Positions 48,635-57,977 of a stretch of DNA of 57,977 nucleotides are shown here, in pieces. Under the pieces are notes generated by a model that saw nothing but the letters and a program-made list of their open reading frames with translations, searched no databases and was not told where the DNA came from. The DNA is from a bacterium (lineage in GTDB: Bacteria > CLD3 > SB21), in assembly GCA_013360215.1 (NCBI GenBank), contig JABWCP010000020.1:1-57977 (forward strand). Direction: 5' to 3'. The translations under genes were made by a program, and so were the position numbers. Each line of letters opens with the position of its first letter. Within the stretch, counting starts at the first letter, position 1.

Positions 48635-49903
48635 CTACGGCATAGCCTGATATCGTTTTAGATTGCCTTCAAATTCTTTTCGCATGCGTGAGCGTTCGGG
48701 AATCATATTCACCGCGAGTTGCCCAAAACGTACGGCATTCGCTTTATCGCCGACGGCTTCACAAAGATTGGCGATGGTATCGGCTTTGTAAGCGTCCTGA
48801 TATTCAAGTACAGTTTCGTCCCACGTTTTGATCATCGCGGCGGCAAATTCGCGCATCATGATTTTGACTTCAAACGCCGTCCAGCCGACATTATTCATAT
48901 CATCCAGAGAGGCGTTGGTACCGTACGATGACAACCATGTTTTTAGTACATTTTCGGCGCGATCTTTTTCTTTCCATTTTATGTGAATCTTTACCGCTTC
49001 AGACACACCGTTGGCATCGCCCAAATCAATCCCACGCAGGCGCGTTTCGTCTTCCGATTTGTCCGTTTGACCCGAACGGTATTTAATTTCCATAAAATTT
49101 TCCGCATAACTCTGCCGTTTTTCCGCATCCAGTTTAGCGTACAGAGCGTTTGCTGTTTCCCATGCTTTTTCTTTCTGATTGCGGCGCGTAAGATAAAAGG
49201 CATAGTTAAACGCCAGCGAAATCAGATCGTAATCATCTTCAACCTTACTTGTGCGAATAATTTCGTCCGCCTCTTTAGCGGCACTTTCCAACCCATAATC
49301 CAAACCACGATAGGCGTGTTGTTGTTTTAATGCCGCACTTTGTTCGTCCGACATCCCCGGCATAGCCATAAGTTCGGCATAGAATGGTTCAGCCGATCGC
49401 GGATCAACCGACAAATAATAACGCACAATTTTTTCACCGAGTGTCAGATTTTTATTCGCATTGTATTCGGCTACCCACACCGGGAGTACATCTTTGGCTT
49501 CGGCGATGCGCATTAGATCGGCTATATAACCTTCGATATCTTCATTGTAACCTACTTTGCGTTCGATTTCTTTCCCGTCGGCGTACATAAATACAACGGA
49601 CGGATAACCGGTGATGTTGTATTTTTTTGCCAGTTCAATACCTTCGCCTTTTTCCGCATCTATTTTATAACATACCATTTTTTCGGTAACGGGTAAAAAC
49701 GCCGCACTGCGATAAACATTTTTTTCCAAAAGTTTGCATGGTCCGCACCACGCCGTATAAAAATCAATCATCACCACTTGTTTTTTTTCGCGTGCCGCAT
49801 CCAACACCGACTTGACATCACCGTAAACAAATCCCGGTATCTTATCGCCGGCATACACATTAAAACCAACCCCAAGCATCAATAGTATGATTAGTTTTTT
49901 CAT
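48635..49903 (-). CDS. Secreted thioredoxin-domain protein with a helical (TPR-like) C-terminus
   Basis: Signal peptide; DFYTAWCGPCK; ITGYPS. Confidence 0.8.
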   Translation of the reverse strand: MKKLIILLMLGVGFNVYAGDKIPGFVYGDVKSVLDAAREKKQVVMIDFYTAWCGPCKLLEKNVYRSAAFLPVTEKMVCYKIDAEKGEGIELAKKYNITGYPSVVFMYADGKEIERKVGYNEDIEGYIADLMRIAEAKDVLPVWVAEYNANKNLTLGEKIVRYYLSVDPRSAEPFYAELMAMPGMSDEQSAALKQQHAYRGLDYGLESAAKEADEIIRTSKVEDDYDLISLAFNYAFYLTRRNQKEKAWETANALYAKLDAEKRQSYAENFMEIKYRSGQTDKSEDETRLRGIDLGDANGVSEAVKIHIKWKEKDRAENVLKTWLSSYGTNASLDDMNNVGWTAFEVKIMMREFAAAMIKTWDETVLEYQDAYKADTIANLCEAVGDKANAVRFGQLAVNMIPERSRMRKEFEGNLKRYQAMP

Positions 49904-49982
49904 ATTCTCTCCATGATATTTATTATTAATACGATCCTTTTGTACGTTGTTGAATAATAAAAGTTAAATACTTTTTTACATT

Positions 49983-51200
49983 TTACTCGTACCGTAGCGC
50001 ATCAATTACATTGGCCTGCGAGGCTTTGAGCGCGGGATAAAACCCGAAAAAAATACCGACGAGTACGGAAAGTCCGAAACTCAGAAGTACGGAATCCGGA
50101 GTAACAACCGTGCGCCATCCTGCATTCCACTGCAGAACATACGCCGAGCCGATACCAATACCGACACCGATCAATCCGCCAAACAAACAAATCACCATCG
50201 CTTCAATAAGAAATTGCAGGAGAATATCCTTGCGTTTGGCGCCGATCGCTTTTCGAATACCGATTTCTTTGGTGCGCTCCGTGACGGATACAACCATAAT
50301 ATTCATGATACCGATACCACCGACGATGAGCGAAATCGCCGCGATCGAAGCTAAAAGTATCGCCATCGTATCGCTTGTCTCTTGTGCCGTTGCCAAAATA
50401 TCCGCTTGATTGCGAATGCTGAAGTCGTTTTCCGCATCACCGCGCAGTTTGTGGGTTTTGCGCAGAGCGCGTTCGATATCAAACGTCGTCTCATCCAGCA
50501 TGTTTTCGTCATACACCTGCACCGCTATCGTCGTAACAAAATCCAATCCGAAAAGCCGCGTCTGTGCCGTCGTCAGGGGAACCATGATCTGATCGTCCTG
50601 ATTCTGCCCCATACCGGTCTGTCCTTTACCGGCAAGCACACCGATCACGGTAAAATTTTGTCCGTTGATTTTGATAATACTCCCCACCGATTGAGCATTT
50701 CCAAAAAGTGTTTCTTCCACGGTCTGGCCCAATACGGCAACTTTGACGTTTCCTTTGATTTCTTCGGCGGAGAAATAACGACCTTCAGCCAAAACAAAAT
50801 TTCGCACTTTCAAAAATTCGATGCGCGTGCCGGTGATCGTTGTGTTGGTATTCTTCGATTCATATTTGACTTGCGCATTGCGGGACAATTCCGGAGAAAC
50901 AGCCGACACATATTCCGAATTTTTCAATATGGTCTCCGCATCGTCTTCCGTCAATGTTTGCGAACTGCCCGCCGCAAGCACCGTACGACCGACATTTTGA
51001 GAACCCGGCCGCACCAATAGCTGATTGGTACCCAGTCCTTGGAGTCTTTCCTGAATCCGGCGGCGAGACCCTTCACCGATCGCCACCATTGTGATAACAG
51101 CCCCCACACCGATAATGATGCCGAGCATCGTCAGAAATGTACGCAACCGATTGGACGTCAAAGCCCAAAGCGCGCTGCGAAGACTTTCGAGAATATTCAT
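49983..51200 (-). CDS. MacB/FtsX-like ABC transporter permease
   Basis: RTFLTMLGIIIG, GGIGIMNIM.VSVTERTKEIGIRKAIGA, FGFYPA, ALRYE. Confidence 0.92.
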   Translation of the reverse strand: MNILESLRSALWALTSNRLRTFLTMLGIIIGVGAVITMVAIGEGSRRRIQERLQGLGTNQLLVRPGSQNVGRTVLAAGSSQTLTEDDAETILKNSEYVSAVSPELSRNAQVKYESKNTNTTITGTRIEFLKVRNFVLAEGRYFSAEEIKGNVKVAVLGQTVEETLFGNAQSVGSIIKINGQNFTVIGVLAGKGQTGMGQNQDDQIMVPLTTAQTRLFGLDFVTTIAVQVYDENMLDETTFDIERALRKTHKLRGDAENDFSIRNQADILATAQETSDTMAILLASIAAISLIVGGIGIMNIMVVSVTERTKEIGIRKAIGAKRKDILLQFLIEAMVICLFGGLIGVGIGIGSAYVLQWNAGWRTVVTPDSVLLSFGLSVLVGIFFGFYPALKASQANVIDALRYE

Positions 51201-51239
51201 GATGTATGATAGGGTATTGTTACTACAAAACGTTCAAAC

Positions 51240-52520
51240 TCAGCGCGAAAATGAAGTACGCTCTTTCATGCGATCTTTAAATCGTTCGCTTTCTTTAAGC
51301 GCTTGTGAATAGACGACCAGCATGACACGCGACGAATCGTCCAATCCGGATAACACTTCCGAAACATCCGCATTGGATAAACCGATGCGCACCGGATGCG
51401 CACGCAATGTTCCGGCTTCGGAAAGTACGACAAAACGCAGACGCGTCGAATCACTGCCGGAATTTTGTTCACGCATACGCTTACGTCCCATACCGCGCCC
51501 GCTGGAGTCCTGCGTGCGATCGCCTCGCTTTTCCGGTAATACCACTCCGGCTTCTTCTAAAATTTTTTTATCCGCCTGTACCTCCGCGTACGTACGCAGC
51601 AAGTCGTTGCCTATCAACAACGCATCGTCTTTCCCTGCAATATCTACGGTCACGGTCGCATTCATACCGGCTTTGAGTTTGTTCCCACGATTAGGTACGA
51701 GCAATATCACATCAAAGGTTGTTACGTTTTGAATGACCGTGGATTGTGCCGCCACACGAACCACTTCACCGAAAAAAACATCACCGGGATATGCATCCGC
51801 CACGATACGTCCACGCTGACCGACGCGAATTTTCCCGATATCTACTTCGTCTACGGCGGCCGTAAGATACACGCGATCCATCGCCGCGAGCCTGGCAATC
51901 GTCGTTCCTCCACCCGCATTGGATACAGCCGAAGCCACGATCTGACCTTCCGATACGGTACGCGACAAGACGATGCCGTCAATCGGTGAACGTACGGTCG
52001 TTTCCGCCATTTTTTGACGGGCTAAAACAAGATTGGATTGGGATTTGACCAATGTGGCTTTGGCGCGCACATACTCGACATTGATCTGATCGTATTCGGA
52101 TTGGGCAAGCAAATTTTTTTCAAACAAATCTTTAGCGCGGCGCCAGTTATTTTCCTGCTGTATCAACACGGCCGAAGCTACTTGCGAATCGGCAATAGCT
52201 TGTTCCAACGCATTGCGGGTATCCGTCTGATCAAGCCGAGCAATCAATTGACCGGAATGCACGACATCGCTCGCTTCGATGGGAATTTTTTCCACCAATC
52301 CGCTGGCTTTGGATTTGACTTCCACCACATTGATCGGGTTGATAACGCCGGTCGCCGACACATCCACATTCAGTCGTCCACGCTCCAACGCGGCAGGACG
52401 GATAACCAACGCACTTCCCGATGCGTTGCGCTTAGTTTGGTCGCCACCGTTACCCTTCCACAGGTAGAGCGCGCCGACACACAAACATAAAACGATGGAT
52501 CCTATAATATACTTTTTCAT
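51240..52520 (-). CDS. MacA-like efflux periplasmic adaptor subunit
   Basis: ATG.I.P...VEVKSKASG, SPIDGIVL, VDEVDIG, LKAGMNA. Confidence 0.9.
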   Translation of the reverse strand: MKKYIIGSIVLCLCVGALYLWKGNGGDQTKRNASGSALVIRPAALERGRLNVDVSATGVINPINVVEVKSKASGLVEKIPIEASDVVHSGQLIARLDQTDTRNALEQAIADSQVASAVLIQQENNWRRAKDLFEKNLLAQSEYDQINVEYVRAKATLVKSQSNLVLARQKMAETTVRSPIDGIVLSRTVSEGQIVASAVSNAGGGTTIARLAAMDRVYLTAAVDEVDIGKIRVGQRGRIVADAYPGDVFFGEVVRVAAQSTVIQNVTTFDVILLVPNRGNKLKAGMNATVTVDIAGKDDALLIGNDLLRTYAEVQADKKILEEAGVVLPEKRGDRTQDSSGRGMGRKRMREQNSGSDSTRLRFVVLSEAGTLRAHPVRIGLSNADVSEVLSGLDDSSRVMLVVYSQALKESERFKDRMKERTSFSR

Positions 52521-52565
52521 CTCAACTTTTTTCCCGCTCGATAAAGAGATATTAAAAATACAAAA

Positions 52566-53936
52566 TTATTTTTTAGCAGGATGCAAATCGTTTTCGTGAA
52601 TAGAAAACGACCAGCGTTTTTTATTATGTTCATCCCAGGTTTCCATAGTCATTACACGGTCTTTACGTTTCCCCGAAAACCGTATAACGCCAAAAGTATG
52701 CGCATCCGTTATTTTGGTGCCGTCCACCAATTGCGGATTGGTTCCTACCGTATCGCCGGAACTGATGCCGCTGGTCAATGGCGACGACGTAAAATCGTAC
52801 AGCGTATAAAAATTGGGATCTTCCCACTTAAGAAGTTCGGTGTGGTGAATGTCACCGCTCAAAAATACGACGCCTGTGATGCCGTTGTCTTTGATAAATT
52901 TCAGAAGATCGGCACGCTCATTTTTATAAAAATTATAACTCTCATACGTCGTGTTCGCATTGAGCACCTGATTACCGCAAACGATCACCTTGAAAGGCGC
53001 ATTGCTAAAAAGCAAACCGTCTTTGAGCCACTGAAGTTGTGTTTTGCCCAGCATGGTTTTGTCCGGACCATCCATCATATCATCCGGTGCACGATGATAC
53101 CGGTCATCCAGCATCCAAAAATCAATATCCTGCCATTCAAATTGAAAAAAAACGCCCGGCGATTCAGATAATCCGTAGTTAGGATTGGCCCAATACAGCT
53201 TAAATGCTTCGAGCGTATGCTCTTTGTGAGCATAACTGCGATCGGAATTATTCGGGCCAAAATCATGATCATCCCAAATGGCATAGTTATGCGTGTTTCC
53301 AAGCAATGGCTGCAGTTCTTTGATAGCGCGGGTGTGGCGATTGCGGTAGAGGATTCCGCTGCGCGAATTCCAGTCCACTTCGCGCAAATAAACATTATCG
53401 CCGATCCATAACATAAGATCAGGTTTCACATTACCGATCACGCGCATAATTTCGGATGTATTGCCATAAGCCCGACCCGGACGATCATACGGCGGGTCAT
53501 TCACATAAAGGCATGAACCAAACGCCAGCGTGAAATCCGGCGCATCGGTTCGCCACTCAAATAAAGCCTGCGTTTGAAATGAATTGGCATACGGTAATGT
53601 CGGTGTTTTTCCGTCAAGCACGATTTCATAACCATAACGCGTACCCGGCTCTAACGCTTCGAGCACGATATGGGCTGTAAAATCGGATTCTTTCGCGGTA
53701 CGAATTGGTTCCGAAATCTTTGAAATTTTCTTTTGGTCCTGCGTTTTTACTGCTTCTAAACTCCAATATCGAATGCGCACTTCCGCGGCTTTTTTGGTCT
53801 GTACCCAAATCATCACTTCCCGTTTTTCCGCATAACCGAGCATAGGACCGGCTTGCAATAAATCTTCACCTCCGGCAACCCCGTTAACTACACCGACCAT
53901 CCAGAGCATCGCACTTAACCGTAAAAACCAAGACAT
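52566..53936 (-). CDS. phoD: PhoD-like alkaline phosphatase/phosphodiesterase
   Basis: FGSC, GDNVY, WDDHD, LDDRYHR, SGDIH. Confidence 0.88.
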   Translation of the reverse strand: MSWFLRLSAMLWMVGVVNGVAGGEDLLQAGPMLGYAEKREVMIWVQTKKAAEVRIRYWSLEAVKTQDQKKISKISEPIRTAKESDFTAHIVLEALEPGTRYGYEIVLDGKTPTLPYANSFQTQALFEWRTDAPDFTLAFGSCLYVNDPPYDRPGRAYGNTSEIMRVIGNVKPDLMLWIGDNVYLREVDWNSRSGILYRNRHTRAIKELQPLLGNTHNYAIWDDHDFGPNNSDRSYAHKEHTLEAFKLYWANPNYGLSESPGVFFQFEWQDIDFWMLDDRYHRAPDDMMDGPDKTMLGKTQLQWLKDGLLFSNAPFKVIVCGNQVLNANTTYESYNFYKNERADLLKFIKDNGITGVVFLSGDIHHTELLKWEDPNFYTLYDFTSSPLTSGISSGDTVGTNPQLVDGTKITDAHTFGVIRFSGKRKDRVMTMETWDEHNKKRWSFSIHENDLHPAKK

Positions 53937-54020
53937 AAAGAAGAAACCTTTCAGAAGATTATTTGATTCGGCTCTAATATAAACGCATGACTTAATGAAG
54001 CATAGTGTTTTTTAAAAATT

Positions 54021-56237
54021 TCAAAATGGTCGACCGATCATAATATATACGATACCTTCCTGATGCGGTGCACGCGCATACGCAAGATAAAGCGGGCCTA
54101 CGACTGTATCTATGCCAACCACTACGGCTCCCGAAAATTTAAGATCACGCGATGTGATTTGCGAATGCTTATCCCAAGCGTTGCCGGTTTCAACAGAAAA
54201 TCCGGCATACAAGCCTTCTCTGTAGGACATGTTCGGCGCAGACAATCGCCGGTAATACATGAAACGTGTCATTCCAAAATGACGTCCTTTGATCTGTCCC
54301 GGTCGGTACCCGCTCATCCTCAAAAAACCGCCGAGTTCGGACAACTCATATATAGGACTGGATGTCCCGAGATCGGATCCGGCTTCAAACGCTCCCATTA
54401 TCGAATTACGATCCCATGTGTGCACGACCATCCCGGCACCGCGCAGAGTCTGATAAGCGCCATCCGATCCCCACTTTTTTTGTGAAGAAAAATACTCGCT
54501 CTGCCAGATACTGCCTTTTTTTGGAAAATCCGGATGATCGGTCATATCAAATTGTGTGCGGATACGAATTCCTGACCGTTCGGCATTTATGGACTTCCGT
54601 GTTGCGCTTGAAGTGTTGTGGGCATCAATGTGACCCCAAATTGCGCCGGCACGCAGTTCGCCGGCATTCCCAAAAGATATTCCAAAGTCATGACCGGCTT
54701 CGGCCGCATATCCGTTGTACTGCGCTATCTCGACGCGCTGCTGATAAAATCCGGATTCAAACCGTTGGGCACGCCCATACGGCGCCATAAAAAAATTTCC
54801 TTTGAAATCCAACGGTTGATACCATTCCGTAAAATAGGTCGGGTTTTGTCCGACACGAAAAAGATGTTTCCATTCGGCGCCGAGTTGATTTCGTCGCGAC
54901 ATCGTATAGTCCGCCAACGCATTAACGGAGGAATGGCCTTCCAAATCCGTGGCCATCGTGAGGCCAAATCGCAGATAGTTGGGGCCCCACGACTTCCATC
55001 GCCCGTCAATCAAAAGACCGCGACTCGTATCTTCGGTCACTATATCAAAATCCACTTTCTCAAAATCACCGAGCGCATAGATGCGTGTCAGATCGGCTTT
55101 GAGCGTTTTCATGTTCAGCGAAGAACCGGGCTGCGTTTTAAGGCGATGATAAATCCGGGGATCTTGGCCAATATTTTTACCGATGCGGATAAAATCAATA
55201 CGATCGTGTGTTTTGCGGCGCGTGTGAATTTTTTTCCTAAACTCGTTGTAGATTTCATCGCTCACCGAAAAACGACGCAGCATCGGAATCCACTGCCGCG
55301 CGGCTTTTTCGCCGTCGGTAATAATGGCATCCGCCTGCAAATAATCGGCGACGGAAACTGAACCGATATCCGGTCGTATTAATACGTCTTTATTCGTAAG
55401 TAATGCGGCTTGCTGGTTCACATTTTCAGTTGTTACCATATTCATCACCTGCGCCGTAATCCCCAGTACTGAATTCAAATGCGAGCGATCCATGAGCGGC
55501 GCTCCGATATCCACCGCTATGATCACATCCGCGCCCATCGCCTGCGCAACGTCAACGGGCAGATTCTGGACAAACATGCCGTCAACTAATAATCTTCCAT
55601 TGATCTCCACCGGTGCTAAAACACCGGGGATAGACATGCTGGCGCGCATTGCTTCGGCTAAATTACCGCCTCGAAGGACTACGCGTTCACCGGTGGCAAT
55701 GTCCGTCGCAACCGCCCGATAGGGCACAGGCAAGGCGTCGAAATCCTGAATACCGCTGACCGGTAGCGTGATCGCTTTCAGCGTAAAACTCAATTTTTGA
55801 CCGGCAATCACACCTTGCGGAAATACGACGTTCCATGAACGAAACCCCACTTCAAAGCCCATGAGGTTTTCATTCTCCTGCGTTTTTTTTCTAAATGAAC
55901 GGAAGTCACGGGACGGTTTGTCGTTTAGCATATCTTTCCAATCAATGTCGCGCGCAAATTTTTCGATCTCTGCGACATCCATACCCGACGCATACATCCC
56001 GCCAACGACAGCACCGGCACTGGTTCCCGCAATCACGTCCACAGGTATACGCAATTCATCCAAAATTTTTAAAACACCGATATGCGCCATACCGCGCGCG
56101 CCTCCGCCGCTGAGTACCAAGCCGATACGCGGACGGTAAGTAGTATCTATAGTATCCGCAGGCATACCCAACAAAGAAGGAGCGATCAAAACTCCCGCGA
56201 TAACAATGCATAAAAATTTTTTCAATCGGAAAATCAC
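54021..56237 (-). CDS. Patatin-like phospholipase with POTRA and Omp85-like barrel (PlpD/type Vd-like)
   Basis: LSGGGARG, GTSAG, ASMSIP, VDG; C-terminal barrel ending IGRPF. Confidence 0.88.
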   Translation of the reverse strand: MIFRLKKFLCIVIAGVLIAPSLLGMPADTIDTTYRPRIGLVLSGGGARGMAHIGVLKILDELRIPVDVIAGTSAGAVVGGMYASGMDVAEIEKFARDIDWKDMLNDKPSRDFRSFRKKTQENENLMGFEVGFRSWNVVFPQGVIAGQKLSFTLKAITLPVSGIQDFDALPVPYRAVATDIATGERVVLRGGNLAEAMRASMSIPGVLAPVEINGRLLVDGMFVQNLPVDVAQAMGADVIIAVDIGAPLMDRSHLNSVLGITAQVMNMVTTENVNQQAALLTNKDVLIRPDIGSVSVADYLQADAIITDGEKAARQWIPMLRRFSVSDEIYNEFRKKIHTRRKTHDRIDFIRIGKNIGQDPRIYHRLKTQPGSSLNMKTLKADLTRIYALGDFEKVDFDIVTEDTSRGLLIDGRWKSWGPNYLRFGLTMATDLEGHSSVNALADYTMSRRNQLGAEWKHLFRVGQNPTYFTEWYQPLDFKGNFFMAPYGRAQRFESGFYQQRVEIAQYNGYAAEAGHDFGISFGNAGELRAGAIWGHIDAHNTSSATRKSINAERSGIRIRTQFDMTDHPDFPKKGSIWQSEYFSSQKKWGSDGAYQTLRGAGMVVHTWDRNSIMGAFEAGSDLGTSSPIYELSELGGFLRMSGYRPGQIKGRHFGMTRFMYYRRLSAPNMSYREGLYAGFSVETGNAWDKHSQITSRDLKFSGAVVVGIDTVVGPLYLAYARAPHQEGIVYIMIGRPF

Positions 56238-56872
56238 CGCTTAAATTTTACTCCCAATGTAAACAGGCGATCGTGAAATGACCAACGAGGTTCATTCGGG
56301 TCCATATCTGTCAAACCCAGAGAAAAGCGAAAAGCCACATCTACACTTAACTTAGGCGAAATGGCATAATCTATAGCCGCGCCTAACTCTCCGGCCGCAC
56401 TCCAACGATTGGCATAACCGGTTTGACCTTCGAAATCCGTAGCATTCCCATTTTTTTCGATATAGTGCGTTTTAACCGCATAACCGACTTTTACACCAAA
56501 ATAAAATATCGGCGATACGCCCCAATAGTCCGAACTAGACTGCAACACCATCAGCAGGGGCGCTTCGATGACCGTCGCTGACCATCGCGCGTAGCTGCTA
56601 TCCGTTCGCGCATCCGCTTTTTTTCGAATCCAAAGCAATTCACCCCGATATCCGATCCATGAAACAAAATTACGTTCTACGAATACCCCGACGACCGGTC
56701 TCGCGTAACCCTGAGTCGTAGTACCGCGATACGAATGACGCGCATCGGAAAAATTAACGCCGCTAAAAAAACCGGTCGACCATGACTGTGCGTTCAAAGG
56801 TACACTCAGTGTCATCATACATACGAGAGGAAATATGGTATTGATTTTGTACATCAGAGTGGGAGAAATCAT
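56234..56872 (-). CDS. Outer-membrane beta-barrel protein (PorT/OmpA-like)
   Basis: Signal peptide, GVNFS, amphipathic beta-strands, terminal LGVKF. Confidence 0.7.
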   Translation of the reverse strand: MISPTLMYKINTIFPLVCMMTLSVPLNAQSWSTGFFSGVNFSDARHSYRGTTTQGYARPVVGVFVERNFVSWIGYRGELLWIRKKADARTDSSYARWSATVIEAPLLMVLQSSSDYWGVSPIFYFGVKVGYAVKTHYIEKNGNATDFEGQTGYANRWSAAGELGAAIDYAISPKLSVDVAFRFSLGLTDMDPNEPRWSFHDRLFTLGVKFKR

Positions 56873-56914
56873 TATGCTACACGAATGTAATCATGCTTAT
56901 ATATATCTACAAAC

Positions 56915-56948
56915 AAAAACTCCCTGCCTCTAGAACGGCAGGGAGTTT
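56915..56948 (-). terminator. Rho-independent terminator
   Basis: AAACTCCCTGCC-loop-GGCAGGGAGTTT with a U-tract on the minus strand. Confidence 0.85.
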
Positions 56949-56973
56949 AATAAAAGAATTTGAAACAAACTTC

Positions 56974-57534
56974 TTAGTTCGCCCCAAGCACAATACCGAC
57001 ACCTACAGTGATTCGAGAATAAGTAACGTCGCCAGATAAATCAAAATCGCTTATTTCATATCCGCCTTTGTTAATAGAATACATGGCTTCAACGAAGAAC
57101 TTCTTATTCAAGATATAGCCTCCGCCAAGGCCATAACAGAGTCCTCCTGACAATTCTCCACTACCTTTGTAATCGCTATCACCCATATGGAGGTTGTAAC
57201 CCAATGTAACTTTTCCGTAGGCACCATTACCATATTCCGGGAAAAAAGTTGCCACTCCATAAATAGGAACGAAATTGAATTTACCATTAGCATCTTTTGC
57301 ACCGCGAGGTAATTGATACTGGATACCCCCTCCGGCCGCGACATTATTATGTACAGGCTTCATAAATTCAGCGCCGACGGTAAATCCCATCTTAGTGTCA
57401 ACAGAACCACTTAAATCACCAGAACCCTTGGATTTTCCCGGAAAATCAGCAACAACCTTAATATTGCTTTGAGCCATAACCACAGCCGTATTAAGAACTA
57501 CGGCCATGACAATCCATTTGATCAGACTTTTCAT
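56974..57534 (-). CDS. Small outer-membrane beta-barrel protein
   Basis: Signal peptide, Gly/aromatic-rich strands (FVPIYG, GLGGGY, YSRITVGVG); GGGAG RBS. Confidence 0.75.
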   Translation of the reverse strand: MKSLIKWIVMAVVLNTAVVMAQSNIKVVADFPGKSKGSGDLSGSVDTKMGFTVGAEFMKPVHNNVAAGGGIQYQLPRGAKDANGKFNFVPIYGVATFFPEYGNGAYGKVTLGYNLHMGDSDYKGSGELSGGLCYGLGGGYILNKKFFVEAMYSINKGGYEISDFDLSGDVTYSRITVGVGIVLGAN

Positions 57535-57857
57535 ACTTTCTCCCTAAATTATTATGAATGACTACAATCTGTCCTATACAGGACATATCAAAAATAAATT
57601 TAATTTACATATATACGTTACTACACCTAAATATAAAATAACTTAATAGAGGTAAACGAATAGAATATTTTATTTCGACAGTTTATAAACGTTATTTTCA
57701 GCAAATTACATTGATTTAATCGTTTGTAAGCCAGTCCGTCGCGAACAATTCGTTCCTAATTATTCAGATAAAATAAACAATATTGAAATGAACTTGGATT
57801 ATAGATAAGGGACATTTTCCTTTCCTTGATTAATTTAAACAACGATTTATAAAACTG

Positions 57858-57874
57858 CAAACAAAAACTCCCTG
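57858..57874. repeat. 17-bp direct repeat of the terminator arm at 56910-56926
   Basis: CAAACAAAAACTCCCTG is present at both positions. Confidence 0.75.
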
Positions 57875-57977
57875 AGGTATGGGAAACGGAAGCAACATCG
57901 TACCCCCCTTTGGATAGAAGGGAAAGAAGGATTGAGATTGGTGATAGAACATTGCAGGAAGTCTTGCGAGCGTAGCG

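Noticed and set aside
1-57977. CRISPR array or cas locus (prompted by the Cas4-like nuclease)
   Set aside because: No regularly spaced direct repeats and no cas1/cas2 seen; the nuclease is tied to a UvrD helicase
57875-57977. Group II intron 3' end after a terminator
   Set aside because: No domain V consensus (GAGCCG...GTACGGTTC) on either strand

Overview
Bacterial chromosomal segment with almost all genes on the minus strand. It probably comes from an FCB-superphylum-like Gram-negative organism, inferred from a T9SS/FlgD-type C-terminal domain, PorT-like barrels and M61 peptidases. Most of the window is housekeeping and envelope genes: lysS, fmt, mlaEF, mrp/apbC, sucD, pgsA/pgpA, aroQ, a divergent coaX, csaA, surA, rluA, aldehyde dehydrogenase, macA/macB-like, phoD, a PlpD-like patatin and two tRNA-Ser genes. 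The most notable accessory element is a ~9.3 kb single-operon defence island (8417-17737) just downstream of tRNA-Ser(GCT). Its gene order is UvrD helicase, PD-(D/E)XK nuclease, type III Mod, RhuM-Fic/Doc, type III Res. The AddB/Cas4-like Fe-S nuclease domain appears to be split between the helicase tail and the next gene. Other oddities are a mirror-symmetric DnaA-box cluster, a CoaX with substituted active-site residues coupled to GrpB, a SucD with a polylysine tail, three tandem M61 peptidases, a doubly frameshifted alpha/beta hydrolase, and a possibly interrupted duplicate terminator at the right edge. No CRISPR array, integrase, transposase or reverse transcriptase was found. Product calls rest on motif recognition only; no database searches were run.
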